A stretch of 64,000 nt of DNA from Felis catus (Eukaryota): positions 76,758,001 through 76,822,000 of the forward strand of contig NC_058368.1 of NCBI RefSeq assembly GCF_018350175.1, read 5' to 3'. Each line of letters starts with the position of its first letter. Positions within the stretch are counted from its first letter, which is position 1. The translations under genes and the position numbers were made by a program. The notes under the pieces are model-generated. The model was not told the origin of the DNA and did no database searches. It saw nothing but the letters and a program-made list of their open reading frames with translations. Below, piece after piece: positions 13,069 through 24,597 of the stretch.

Positions 13069-14345
13069 ATGAGATCCACAGAATACGAAAACATGTTTTT
13101 ATACCACTATCCAAAGCAGTGTGCAAATCAAATGAACTTAAACCCGAAATAAGGTAATCAACTCGCTTTTTCTTATATGCAGGTTTTTAGGATTGCAGCG
13201 ATCATAATGACCTTCAGGTCATTTCCTGAAGTTTGGGGCTAATTTCGTTAAGAATATCTGAGGTTATTTCCAGATAGTCGTTACATTATCCCAAGTATAA
13301 ATCATGTGAGATAACACTGCTTTAAAGGCACGTCTTCCTTAATTTCTCAAAACAGAAGTAAGAAAGGTAATCACCATGTGAAGCAGGAAACATCAAAAGA
13401 GATTGGGCAGCTGTGTGCCTTCAAGTTAACCATCCCTGCGTCAGACAAGCCACAGGGCGGTCATGCAAAGCCAAGCCCACAGAGGAGGGAAGAGAAGGCA
13501 GGACAGCCATGGGACAGACTTCCTACGCCACCTCACCGGTCAGAAGCAGGTGGGCCTCCAGAAAACAAAACCAAATCAAGAAAAACACAAAGTCATGACT
13601 CTAAGGGCTAAGCTCTCTATCCAACTCACTAAATAAGAAACACCAAACGACGGTTGAAAAAAAATGCATATTTAACACCCGTAATGCTATGAGCATTGTA
13701 CAAACAGGAAAGACCACCCTAAATGACAGGCAGTGGGGTGGCTTGGACATAGCTAACAAACCCGCAAGGAAACGCACAACAGGATTCTGTGTTCCAGCGT
13801 CACTTGCCGGTACCACGTAGCTCGGCCGGCACACCACCAGCGATTAGTGGAGAATGGAAAGGCTGATAGATCGAGGCAGACATTTGCACATAGTTATCCT
13901 CCCATGATTCACTTTTGAAAGCCAACAAACATGAAAGTAAACCACAGGTGGGAGAGACGAGAGCAATTTTGCAAAATTTATGGTCAATCCAGCTCTGTCA
14001 GAGATCTCAGAGAGAGGAGTGCTGCATAACGATCACGCAGCATCGCAACTGCTTAATCACAGGGCGGGGTGCGCACTCGGGTCAGCGGAGGGCAGTGCGT
14101 GCCTCTGTTTCCCGCTGGGGGAACGGCCCGTCCGCCAGGTCTAGAACACCACCACTTCTGCACATAACACTGCTTCACAGCTTTCGCTTGCCATGACTTG
14201 CGCTCAGTTATTCGATACATATGGGTGTGAAGTCTACAACGGGCTCCCCATTGTCCATTCATGCTGTCTATACCTCGTGCCTCTGCTCAACACTGGTTAA
14301 GAGCATCTCAGTGGTTTTAACCATACGAATTTGGCAGTCAGTTTT

Positions 14346-14530
14346 GGGGGGCCAGGGTAGCTCAGTTGGTTAAGTGTGTCCAACTTCAGCTCAGGTCACG
14401 ATCTCACGGTTCGTGAGTCCGAGCCCTGCGTCCAGCTCTGGACCCCTCTCTCTCTCTCTCTCTCTCACTCTGCCCCTCGCCCCTCTCAAAAGTAAATAAA
14501 CATTTAAAAAAATAATAAATTAAAAAAACA
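14346..14530 (+). mobile_element. Can-SINE, internally deleted
   Basis: The head joins directly to (CT)n and tail. The central segment is missing. Confidence 0.85.
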
Positions 14531-14553
14531 AATTCAGCTGTAAGTTTTAATGC

Positions 14554-15006
14554 TTTTATTTTTTTTTAATGTTTATTTTATTCTTTTTTTTTAATTTTTT
14601 TTCAACGTTTATTTATTTTTGGGACAGAGAGAGACAGAGCATGAACGGGGGAGGGGCAGAGAGAGAGGGAGACACAGAATCGGAAACAGGCTCCAGGCTC
14701 CGAGCCATCAGCCCAGAGCCCGACGCAGGGCTCGAACTCACGGACCGCGAGATCGTGACCTGGCTGAAGTCAGACGCTTAACCGACTGCGCCACCCAGGC
14801 GCCCCAATGTTTATTTTATTCTTGAGAGAGCAAGCGAGCGGGAGATAGGCAGAGAGAAAGGGAGACACAGAATCCGAAGCAGGCTCCAAGCTCTGAGCTG
14901 TCAGCACAGAACCCGATGTGGGGCTCAAACTCACAGACCGTGAGATCATGACCTGAGCCAAAACCAGGAGTCAGATGCTTCACCGGCTGAGCCACCCAGG
15001 CGTCCC
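14554..15006 (-). mobile_element. Can-SINE interrupted by a younger SINEC_Fc (14584-14805) in its tail
   Basis: Inner TSD aatgtttattttattc (14568-14583 and 14806-14821). Outer TSD ttaatgctttt. Confidence 0.92.
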
Positions 15007-15969
15007 TTAATGCTTTTGAAGATCCATGTGAAAGCTATATTTTTCCTACCTGCAGAATACTAAAACTCTGTTTTTGAAGAACATTTAAACATATGGCACC
15101 ATCTCCGACTACAGCACCGGGTGGGAGTGCAGGGGGCAGGGTCCGGAGGATGTCCCTGCCCCCCTCTACAGAAGTACACAGAGACCCCCGCACAGCCTGG
15201 AGGAGCAAGGGGCTCGTGTCTGCTTCCTCCGAAGCTGTGTCTGTAGTGTATAATTCTCACTGTGTGCATTCCTGTCCAATCAGCACAGACATGCACGACG
15301 AAGTCTCTCTCCTCAGCAGCCGCAACACTTGTGCATGTGACATTACACCAGAAACTAGGAAAAAACCCAAGAGCGTTTCCAAAATCAAAACCCAATCCTC
15401 TCACCGCCTACTCATTCTCAGCTATGACCATTAAAAACTCATGAGAACGCGCCAAGAACCTTTATTCGCAGTTAACCGTTCCCTGAAATAAAGGCAGAAA
15501 AGTACAGAATTCTCAGCTGCAAGCCTTTGGGGTGACTGAAACACGGTTTGGAGAAGCTCGGATCGGGGCGCACCCATCCACGAAAGGCCGCCGGGCCTGC
15601 TGAGTCCACACGTGACCCACTCAGAGGCTCCCGGGCCTCGGTGGCAAATGCTCACTGCCATGTGGCCCCGTGAGAAGATGCACATCAGGGCTGATGCATT
15701 ATTAAAAGGCACCTCATTACGATGGAAATGATGACCTTGTCATCAAAGCTATAAATGTCAAGAAATACCACTTTAAAAGACTATATATTCTCGATTCTAA
15801 AAAGAAACCTCTTTGCTTTAAAAGGGGGGGGGGGCGGGACATGCTTTTGTTTTCACTGAAATCTTTTTTGTAAAAAGATTTGTGATGCATCATGGCCATT
15901 TTGTAAAGCGTCTTATGACACAGGCTTTCTTGAATAATTGAAAGGGAATTTCTTGTAATTGAAAGGGAA

Positions 15970-15972
<3 letters not shown>

Positions 15973-16013
<41 letters not shown>
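15973..16013. repeat. (CA)n microsatellite
   Basis: Direct reading. Confidence 0.97.
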
Positions 16014-16016
<3 letters not shown>

Positions 16017-16703
16017 GAAATTCAAGAAGATATTGGGGAGTCTGAATCTTCCTGAGTGAGTAATTGTAAACAGCACGCATAAATTACAGGACAACCCACT
16101 GCATTCCAACTTGTGTTAAAGATCTGTGTTATCTGCATAAAATATCACTCTTTCTCGTACAAAAGAATGCTCCCCAACTTTATCACTTACATGATTTGTA
16201 GTGGATTGCAGTAACACCTATATTGTTAGTTTTTAGTTCCTTAAAACCGATCACTTCTTCAACACCTAAATGCCCACTGCAGCCTCAGGAATGATAGTGG
16301 CATAATTGATAAGCTGACGGTCAAATAATATCGGGAAAATCCTGGATTTTATATGCTAGTTCCACATTTTTCCTAATGTATATGAACTCTGTTTCAAAAT
16401 CCGAGTCCTGAATCCGAGAAGGAATTAGACTAACATATACGCAGGTTACTGATAAAGAGGGCTTTGCAAAGACCAGCTATCACGTTACACGGGACCACGG
16501 AAGTGCCCACCCGTGCTCTCTCTTGCGTGTGACAAGAGCCACCAGGGCCCTCCTCACTCCAGCGCTCCGTCAGGGGCAGGTCGATGAGGAAAACAGGCAC
16601 AGGTCTGCCCTCAGGACAGATGCTCGTTCATTAACAGCTCACGTGCACCTGACGGTCAATACCATCCCTCACTTAACACTGATGCTGTTAAGTTTTTATT
16701 CGA

Positions 16704-16911
16704 GGTGAGCCTGGGTGGCTCCGTTGATTAAGCTTCCGACTCTGGCTCAGATCATGACCTCACCGCTGGTGGGTTCGAGCCCCACGTCGGGCTCTGTGCT
16801 GACAGCTCAGAGCCTGGATCCTGCTTCAGGTCCTGTGTCTCCCTCTCTAGCCTTCCCCCACTCACTCTCTCTCTCTCTCTCTCCCTCAAAAATAAATAAA
16901 CGTCAAAAAAA
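16704..16911 (+). mobile_element. Can-SINE (SINEC)
   Basis: Head/body/tail with imperfect TSD aagtttttattc/aagattttattc. Confidence 0.9.
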
Positions 16912-16987
16912 TGAAGATTTTATTCAAACATATGCCCTTGATCAGAAAGAGAGTAGAAAAGTAATAAGTACCTCACCTTTCTTTTGA

Positions 16988-17383
16988 CTGTCTTGTCTTC
17001 GCTCAGGCTGCCCTAAAGGAACACCGTGGACCAACCAGCATATAAACAACAGAAACTCCTTTCTTACCGTCTGGAGGCTGGGAGTCCGGGATCAGAGTGC
17101 CACCATGGTGGGGTTCTGTGAGAGCCCTCTTCAGGCTGCAGACTGTTGACCTGTCACACTCTGGTACCCCCAGGCAGAGAGGGGAGGGGAGGCTAGCTGT
17201 TCCGGGACTCGTATGGGGACACCGACCCCATCACGGGGCCCTACCCTCACGAACTCCCGTAATCCTAACGACCTGCCACAGGCCCCTCCTAATGCCATCA
17301 CATGGGGGTTGGGGGTTTGACATGTGAATCTCAGGGGGGACGTAAACATTCAATCCAGAGCAGCACTGATTCAATATCTGATT
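16988..17383 (-). mobile_element. MLT1A-like solo LTR
   Basis: aaacaacagaaa...tctggaggctgggagtcc and end catgtgaatc...aaacattcaatccagagca. Confidence 0.75.
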
Positions 17384-17607
17384 TTCGCCTGCGTAGAACA
17401 GCACACCGTCGTCGGCTACATGGATTTAATTACACTCTTGCATCCTTCCTACGCCTAGCGGTATCAGAACAACAGGAGGTGCTAATTGAAAACACGATGG
17501 TGCCCCATTTCTGCTGAGCCAGGATCTTGTGGGGAGGAAGATTCACTTTGGACGGTGTCCTAAAAGAGGCCCCAAGTGACTCTGTGATTAGCTCTGTGGT
17601 AGTTTTC

Positions 17608-17818
17608 AGGAGCAGCTGGGTGGCTCAGTCGGTTGAGCATCCAAATCATGATTTTTGGCTCGGGGCACGATCCCAGGGCCATGAGATTGAGCCCCACGTT
17701 GGCCTCTGTGCCGAGCGTGGAGGCTGCTTGGGATTCTCTTTCTCCCTCTGCCCCTTTCCCCACCCTCTCCCCCCACCCCCCCGGCACTCTCTCTCTCTGA
17801 ACTAAAAAGAAAAAGGAA
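17608..17818 (+). mobile_element. Can-SINE, older subfamily (probably inserted in MER5A)
   Basis: Diverged SINEC head and tail. Confidence 0.85.
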
Positions 17819-17819
17819 A

Positions 17820-17978
17820 TGGTGGTCCCAGGAACAGCTGCATCAGTATCACCTGGGAGCTTACTAGAAATGCAAGTTATCAGGCCCCATCCCTACTTAC
17901 TGAATCAGAAACTCTGGGGCGGGCCCAGCCCACTCTCCAGGTGATTCTGGTTACACGCTAAAGTTTGACCACTCCTGG
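17820..17978. mobile_element. MER5A-like hAT-Charlie DNA transposon relic
   Basis: gcatcagtatcacctgggagcttactagaaatgca...tactgaatcagaaactctgggg...ctccaggtgattctg...ctaaagtttga. Confidence 0.8.
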
Positions 17979-18204
17979 CTTAGGGTATACTATAAAAGTA
18001 TACTTAAGCACACTGGATGATTACTGGAGTTCAAGAAATACTGCATTTTTTTCAGATAACATATAAAGCTCTAACACACTAGATCTGAGCTTTGCCACTG
18101 GGTGAGAATCACCAGGGATGTCTTTGAGCCTCTGGACGCAGTATCACACTGCAGCCCAATTTATATCAGGAGCTCTGGGAGAAGAACCAGGCATCAATAT
18201 ATAT

Positions 18205-18411
18205 TTTTTTAAGGTTTATTTATTTATTTTGAGAGAGAGAGAGCTCGTGGGTGTGCATGTGCCCGCGAGCAGGGAAGGGGTAGAGAGAGGGAAAGAGAAT
18301 CCCAAGCCAGGAGAATCCCGACCCAGGGCTCGAACTCACGAACCACGAGATCATGACCTGAGCTGAAATCAAGAGTCAGATGTTTAATCGACTGAGCCAC
18401 TCAGGTGCTCT
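18205..18411 (-). mobile_element. Can-SINE (SINEC)
   Basis: Reverse-complement head/tail with imperfect TSD ccaggcatcaat/ccaggaatcaat. Confidence 0.88.
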
Positions 18412-19019
18412 CCAGGAATCAATGATTTTTTAAAAAATATATATTTTCCTAGGTGCTTCACCCAAGTAAAACAATTCTGATGTTTCATTCAAATCAAAAA
18501 GAAAAAAAAACACAAAAACACAAAATAATACAAATATGTCGCTTTTTCCTCTGGTATCCTTGTCCCAAATGCATAGAACATGAACATCCACTCAAGATGG
18601 TTTATGTTTTATTATGAATTACATATGCACCATATCTACATGATATATTTGCAAACCTGTTTAGAAATGGAGAGGATCAAGCTTGCATTTTTGAAATTCG
18701 TTCTAAGCCATCTAATCTTGAAGCCATTGAACCGTACTTTTGTGATTACAGAATGTATTTCATTTACACAAACACGCATTTTTGTCAATAGGATATAGGA
18801 CTTTTATCTTCTCAAAGAGGTCAAGCGTTAAGTCAGAAACATCTTTCAAAGGAAATGTGATAAAAGTAACGTCAGATTCAAGCAAGTGATCTATTCCAGA
18901 ACAAAGCGCCCCATTTTCTCTCTTCAAAGGTTTCTAACAAGTAGGTATTAAACTTCATCTTCACGTTTAACACACAAATTTATTTTTCAAACTGCTGCTT
19001 TGAAAGCGAAGCCTGTGAA

Positions 19020-21020
19020 TCTGTAATGTGTGGATTCCACCCTGCGAAGGCTACAGCGGCAGTAACCCCCGAGAGGATTTTATCTGGGCGAGAAGCAAAA
19101 CGAAACGCCGAAAGTGATCCCACGGTGCGCTAATCTCAAGGCTAATTTGTCAAATCTGCATTTCGTTCGTTTCCCTGGTGTGGTAGAAGTTTATTGATAA
19201 GCCATTTTTGTCATCTGCTCGGGAAGTAGATGCCGATCGATGCAGTTTGCATCCCCGACTCTTTTGTAATTAGCGACCCGTGGGTCTCCCACAGGAAGGG
19301 TAAATTCGAGGACCGGTTCTATTGAGCAGCTCTCGGTGTAAACGGTCCGCTTTCTGGCTGGTTCCCGGTTGCCACGTTTTGAGGGTTTATCATTTTTTGC
19401 TTATGAATGTGATCGGCCTCCAAACATCATAAAAAGCGACGTCCACCTTTTATTTACTTCATTTCTGTCGATTGTGGTAGGGCCAAGGGATCCTAAGAGA
19501 TAGAAAACATCTGTTCCTGAGAGATCCTTTTTATGAAGATGGTGTTGAAAGCCAAGAAGGAAACCCCCGCCACCACACCCCTCCTCTGCAAAAATCAAAG
19601 CCAAAGCAGTCTTTGAAGGTCAAGAAGCCCGTGCTGAAAGGTGTTCCCCGCCGGAGAAATCCATGGTCGCTCACTTTCCTCTGCACAAGCCCCCCCAGGA
19701 CTGCAGAGGCAGGCCCACGACCCAGGGGAGAGCCCTCCACGGGGAGAGAATGTCTTCCGCTACGACTCCATCCGGCTCCCCAACCACGGACACGGTCACG
19801 GAAAACATGGAGGGCGACGCCCTGGCAGTGTGGGTCAAGGACATCAGGGTCAAGCAGCTCCAGATCAAACAGCCCAAGAAGACGTTCAGTGCAGGATACG
19901 CTCAAGGTGGCCCCAGACTCAGGACCTGGTGGGGGAAAGGGTGCCCTGGGACTGCCGCAGACGGGCACACTTTGTGCGCCACCTTCCACCTTGGCCATCA
20001 TCTGCCCCGCGTCCAGCTGGCCGGTTCTAAATCTTTTCGTTTTTTTCCACCGTCCAAAATGGAGGAAGAGGAGAAGGAGTTCTGACAGGTCCAACAGCAT
20101 GCATCCCCGGTGTCACCCAAGCTGTCCTCACAAACTCTCCAGGGACGCCTCCTCTAACACATCCTGGCGGGGAGCCGCAGAAAGTCTCAGTTCAAAGTCG
20201 CTCACCTGCTGTTACGCCTCTAACTCCCGTCCCTCCCCTTGGCGCCAGCCGCCTCCCAACCACCTCGTCCCTCCTCATCCCTCCACGTACTGAGCCCGGA
20301 ACTCGGACTGGCGTTGGAGTCAGACCAACGTGACGTCGTGTTCCGTGGCTGACCAGCGAGGCACTCCCCCTTGGGGAAGTGTCTCGAGCTATAAAATTGG
20401 CAGAATGAAATTTATTTGCGGGAACTTTGAGGTAGGAACAGGAAGCACACCACGCCTGGACACAGACTAGGAGCTCAGGCAATGGTTTCTATTAGTAGAC
20501 ACAGGAGCTGAAATGGAAACCACGGAGGACCAGAGAACAAACTAATGAATCGTTTCAAACACTTAGATCTGGGGTCATCTTCGAACCTTTGGGCGGGTCC
20601 AACTTGCAACTGTTTAGGGCTAATGAATCCTGGTAGGAGAGGAGGAAGCAGGTTGGGCTCCAGGGACAAACAGGCCGGCGGTGTGACCCTCTCCCAGGCT
20701 GGCTGCAGATGGGGAGGGGCTGAGAATCATTTAAAACTCCTCTCACGAAATGACTCAGCCCTTTTGGCGCCTTCCTGGGGCTTTTCGGGTCGCCTTACTC
20801 AAAACCGGGAGCAGTATTCAAAACAGCGCTCTTGGATTAGGTCAAGGGATAGGCAGGGAGGAGGCAGGCGGAGGGGAGAGCCCCGAGCAGAGCAAATGTT
20901 GCCTCCTTATCGTTTCCCCCTGGAGGCAGCCGGTCTTCTGCTGCCTGCTTGTTGACCCAGGATTGTTTTGTGAAGTCACACACCTGGGCTGGCCCTGCTC
21001 ACCCAGGAATCCCGGCTGAA
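19020..21020. promoter_or_regulatory. CpG-rich, SINE-free promoter/enhancer-like patch spanning the RPL23A retrocopy
   Basis: Visibly elevated CpG density. CRE-like TGACGTCG 20331-20338, TATAAAA 20390-20396 and AP-1/ARE ATGACTCAGC 20750-20759. Function is inferred only. Confidence 0.35.
19526..20080 (+). pseudogene. RPL23A: Processed pseudogene of 60S ribosomal protein L23a (uL23), multiply frameshifted
   Basis: ATG at 19539 gives MVLKAKKETPA (RPL23A: MAPKAKKEAPA). Different frames then give KVKKPVLKGV (KAKKAVLKGV), SPPRGENVFRYDSIRLP (SAPRRNKLDHYAIIKFP), TTDTVTENMEGDALAVWVKDIRVKQLQIKQPKK ([34 protein letters not shown]) and ...LAII at ~20002 (KIGII). There are no introns. The flanks ctttt..aagATG and gtccagctg..ttctaaat resemble the RPL23A UTRs as recalled. 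Confidence 0.88.
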
Positions 21021-21390
21021 GCCAGCTTCTGCAGAACATCAGGCTATTTCCTTATCTGCTTTCTCATTCCTCTCTTGCTAAGAGAAGCAAGAAAAGGTAA
21101 AAAGGTGAACTATTGAAGACGATTCACGAGTAGGCTTTTCATCGGGCACCCTTTTATCATCAGTGGATCCAGGATCCCAGGACCTGGAGCTCCTAAAGAA
21201 TCCTCTTGTAAATGCCAAGAATTCGGCCATCTCCTTTCTCCAAATTTCGCACATGAGTAACTGAAGAAACGTTTTCATCATTTAATGCGTGCCATATCAT
21301 TTTGTAAGGCATTTAATTCTCCATCCCCAACCCCCCACTTTTGTAGGATAACCGCCCTGTGCCGGATACTGGGGACACAAAAACAATTCT

Positions 21391-21620
21391 TTTTTTTTTT
21401 TTTTAATTTTTTTTCAACGTTTTTTATTTTATTTTTGGGACAGAGAGAGACAGAGCATGAACGGGGGAGGGCAGAGAGAGAGGGAGACACAGAATCGGAA
21501 ACAGGCTCCAGGCTCCGAGCCATCAGCCCAGAGCCTGACGCGGGGCTCGAACTCATAGACCGCGAGATCGTGACCTGGCTGAAGTCAGATGCTTAACCGA
21601 CTGCGCCACCCAGGCGCCCC
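21391..21620 (-). mobile_element. Young felid SINEC_Fc
   Basis: Near consensus with perfect TSD aaaacaattct. Confidence 0.95.
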
Positions 21621-21816
21621 AAAACAATTCTAAGATAACACATCATCTTCCCTCAACAAGCCAAGTGTATAATGGAAGATAGGATAAATAAACTGATAAT
21701 TAAACAGTATTTAAAATCCAAAAGACAAAAACAAAAACAAAAACAAAAACCATTGGTTTAATTCGTGGTAACTGTAAAGCTTGAGATGCACTGTGTATAA
21801 GAAACTATGAGAGCAT

Positions 21817-22032
21817 GGGGCGCCTGGGTGGCTCAGTCGGTTGAGCGTCCGACCTCAGCTCAGGTCCTGATCTCACGGTCCATGAGTTCGAGTCCCGCAT
21901 CGGGCTCTGGGCTGACAGCTTAGAGCCTGGAGCCTGCTTCAGATCCTGTGTCTCCTTCTTTCTCTGGCTCTTCCCCACTCACTCTGTCTCTGTCTCTCTC
22001 TCTCTCTCAAAAATAAATAAACATTAAAAAAA
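21817..22032 (+). mobile_element. Can-SINE (SINEC_Fc-like)
   Basis: Full head/body/tail. Confidence 0.93.
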
Positions 22033-22082
22033 TGATATTACGAGCGCAATAGGACATTAATAGGAGAGGTGAGGAAGGTTTT

Positions 22083-22600
22083 TGTAAGAGGCGGAATAAT
22101 GCCCTTCTAAGATGTCCATGACCCAATTCCCCAGTTCATGAATATATCAGGTCATGTGGCAAAGGATAAGGAGGAAGGCTGCAGATTGAGTTAAACTGGC
22201 TACTCTGCTGACTTTAAAGTAGGAGGATTATCCTGGAGGGTACAGGTGGACCCGATGTGATCCCAGGGGTCCTTAAAAGTGAAAGGGGGGAGTCAGAAGA
22301 AGAGTTCCGTGTGATGTGATGTAAGAAGGACTCAACCTGTCGTTGCTGGTGGAGGCGGAGGATGATGCTGCGGGCCAAGGACCGTGAGTGGTTTCTAGAA
22401 GCTGGAGAACGCAAGAAACAGGCTGTGCCCTGGACCCTCCGGAAAGCAAAGCACACGTGCCGACACCTTGATTTGAGCCCAGTGAGACCGTGTCAGGGTG
22501 TCTGACTGTAACCCCCACAAGTGTAAGAGGACGCTGGGGGTTGTCTGGGGCCACCAGGTTCGTGGTCCAGCCTTATGGGAGCAACAATGGGAAACTAACG
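22083..22600 (+). mobile_element. MLT1D/E-like solo LTR
   Basis: tgtaagaggcggaataatgccc...gattatcctgga...ggacccgatgtgatcccaggggtccttaaaagtg...gccgacaccttgattt. Confidence 0.75.
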
Positions 22601-23507
22601 CAGGTTTCTCCCGAGGAGCAGATTCCCGAGCCGAGTTTCTACAGAGGAGGATGGATGCCGTGCTGTGCGGAGGGGGGGTGATATAGCACATCCCACGGGA
22701 AGACAGTCACAACTAGGTTTCTGGCGCTGACACAGAAAGGAGAAGGCAGTGAGAGGCGGAAGGAACCCTGGAACCGATGGGCAGGGCTGCCCCGGGAAGG
22801 TCTAGCACACCCTCCAGCCATTCCCCGCCCCCCCTCCCCGCCCCCTGACCACCATGCCTCCATCAGAAGGCGTGACTGCCCTCCCCAAATACCTGTGACC
22901 TCTCGGAGTTCTGTGCCTTTCTTCACACCAGCTTTCCACTTAGAGGAACCCTCCTGCCTGTGGCCACTTGTTCAAATCTTACCTTTAGCCTTAAAAGGTG
23001 AATTCAAACGTCCTGTGGTCACGTCCACGAAAGTGATCCCACCATCCTGAGAGCTCCTCAGGACTTTAAGCTCCAATTATGACTCACGCCACCGCCTTGA
23101 AGGGGAGTCATTTGTGTGTCTAACTCACACCACTTACCGTTGGCTTCTTAGCACCAGAACAATAACATCTATTCGTTCTGTCCTTCGTGGATTCTCTCGT
23201 GGTGCCGTGAGGCAGGGGACCCACGACACCGCACCACACACAGCCCTTGACCAAGCGTTTATGAACAAACAAAAGAGTAACCCCAAGCACAGTAGACGCC
23301 CTCCAGTCTGGAGGAAAGCACCCGTGACTGCTGTATTAATCAAAGCGGCAGGCGGGCAGCTCATCATGTCAAATAATAGCTACGTGCACTTGAGACATGC
23401 AGCGTCACACGTAAAACCTCCATTCCCCAAACTTTTGGGTTTGGGTTTTCCGTCTTGCCTCTTCGCGTCAATTGCCCCATAACACGCCTGTATTGGTCTG
23501 TTACAGC

Positions 23508-24100
23508 CGCTGCAACAAAATAGGACAGGCTGAGTAGCTTAAGCAGGAATCGATGTTCTCACAGCTCTGGAGGCTGGAGGTCCAAGATCAAGGTATCAGC
23601 AGGTGTGGTTTACTTCTGCATGTTCTCTTTGGGGCTTGTAGATGGCTGTCCTCTCGCTGCCTCTTCACACGGTCTTCTGTCCGTGTTCACACATCCCTGG
23701 TTGTCTCTTCCACTTCTTAGCTGGACGCCAGTCAGATCAGGGCCCTACCCTCTCTACCTCATTTTATCTTAATCACTTTTATGTATTTATTTAGAGAGGA
23801 AGGGGGCGGGGAAGGGACAGAGGGAGGGGGAGACAGAGAACCCCAAGCAGTCTCCACGCTCAGTGCAGAACCCAATGCAGGACCCCATCCCACGACTGCG
23901 AGATCCTGACCTGAGCCGAAAACAGTCAGACACAGAGGCTTAACTGACTGAGCCACCAAGATGCCCTAGCTTAATCACTTTTTTGACAGTGATCTCCAAG
24001 TAAGTTAAATTGGGGGGGGGGGGGTAGCTTAATCACTTTTTCGACAGTGATCTCCAAGTAAGTTGAATTGGGGCGGGGGGGACACATGACAGCCCAGAAC
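23508..24100 (-). mobile_element. MLT1A/B-like solo LTR with an inserted Can-SINE (23778-23966, -)
   Basis: tgtattggtctg...ttctcacagctctggaggctggaggtccaagatcaaggt. The SINE is flanked by cttaatcactttt. Confidence 0.75.
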
Positions 24101-24130
24101 AATATCACATATAATTTTCAATTTCATTCG

Positions 24131-24347
24131 TTTTAATGGTTTTTATAGTTTTTATATTTATCTTGAGAGAGACAGAGATAGCCCGAGTGGAGGAGGGATA
24201 GAAAGAGAGAGAGACAGAGACACCCAAGCAGGCTCTGAGCTGCCAGCACAGAGCCCAAGCGGGGCCCGAATTCGCAAAACCAAGGGATCATGACCTGAAC
24301 TGAAATCAAGAGTTGGACGCTCAACCGACTGAGCCACCCAGGCTCCT
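24131..24347 (-). mobile_element. Can-SINE (SINEC)
   Basis: Reverse-complement SINEC with TSD tcaatttcat. Confidence 0.9.
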
Positions 24348-24380
24348 CTCAATTTCATCTGCTTTAAAAATGGATCAAGA

Positions 24381-24597
24381 GGGGCGCCTGGGCGGCTCAG
24401 TCGGTTGAGCGTCCGACTTCGGTTCAGGTCCTGATCCCACAGTTTGTGAGTTCAAGCCCCACGTCGGGCTCTGGGCTGATGGCTCGGAGCCTGGAGCCTG
24501 CTTCGGATCCTCTGTCCCCCTCTCCCTCTGCCCCGCCCCTGCTCATGCTCTCTCTCTCAAAAATAAACAAACATTAAATCAATCAATCAATCAATAA
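24381..24597 (+). mobile_element. Can-SINE (SINEC_Fc-like), tail with (AATC)n
   Basis: Full length with imperfect TSD aaaatggatcaaga/aaaatagatcagga. Confidence 0.93.

Noticed and set aside
19539..20005. Functional RPL23A retrogene
   Set aside because: The frame from the homologous ATG hits TGA at ~19614, and homology is scattered over three frames.
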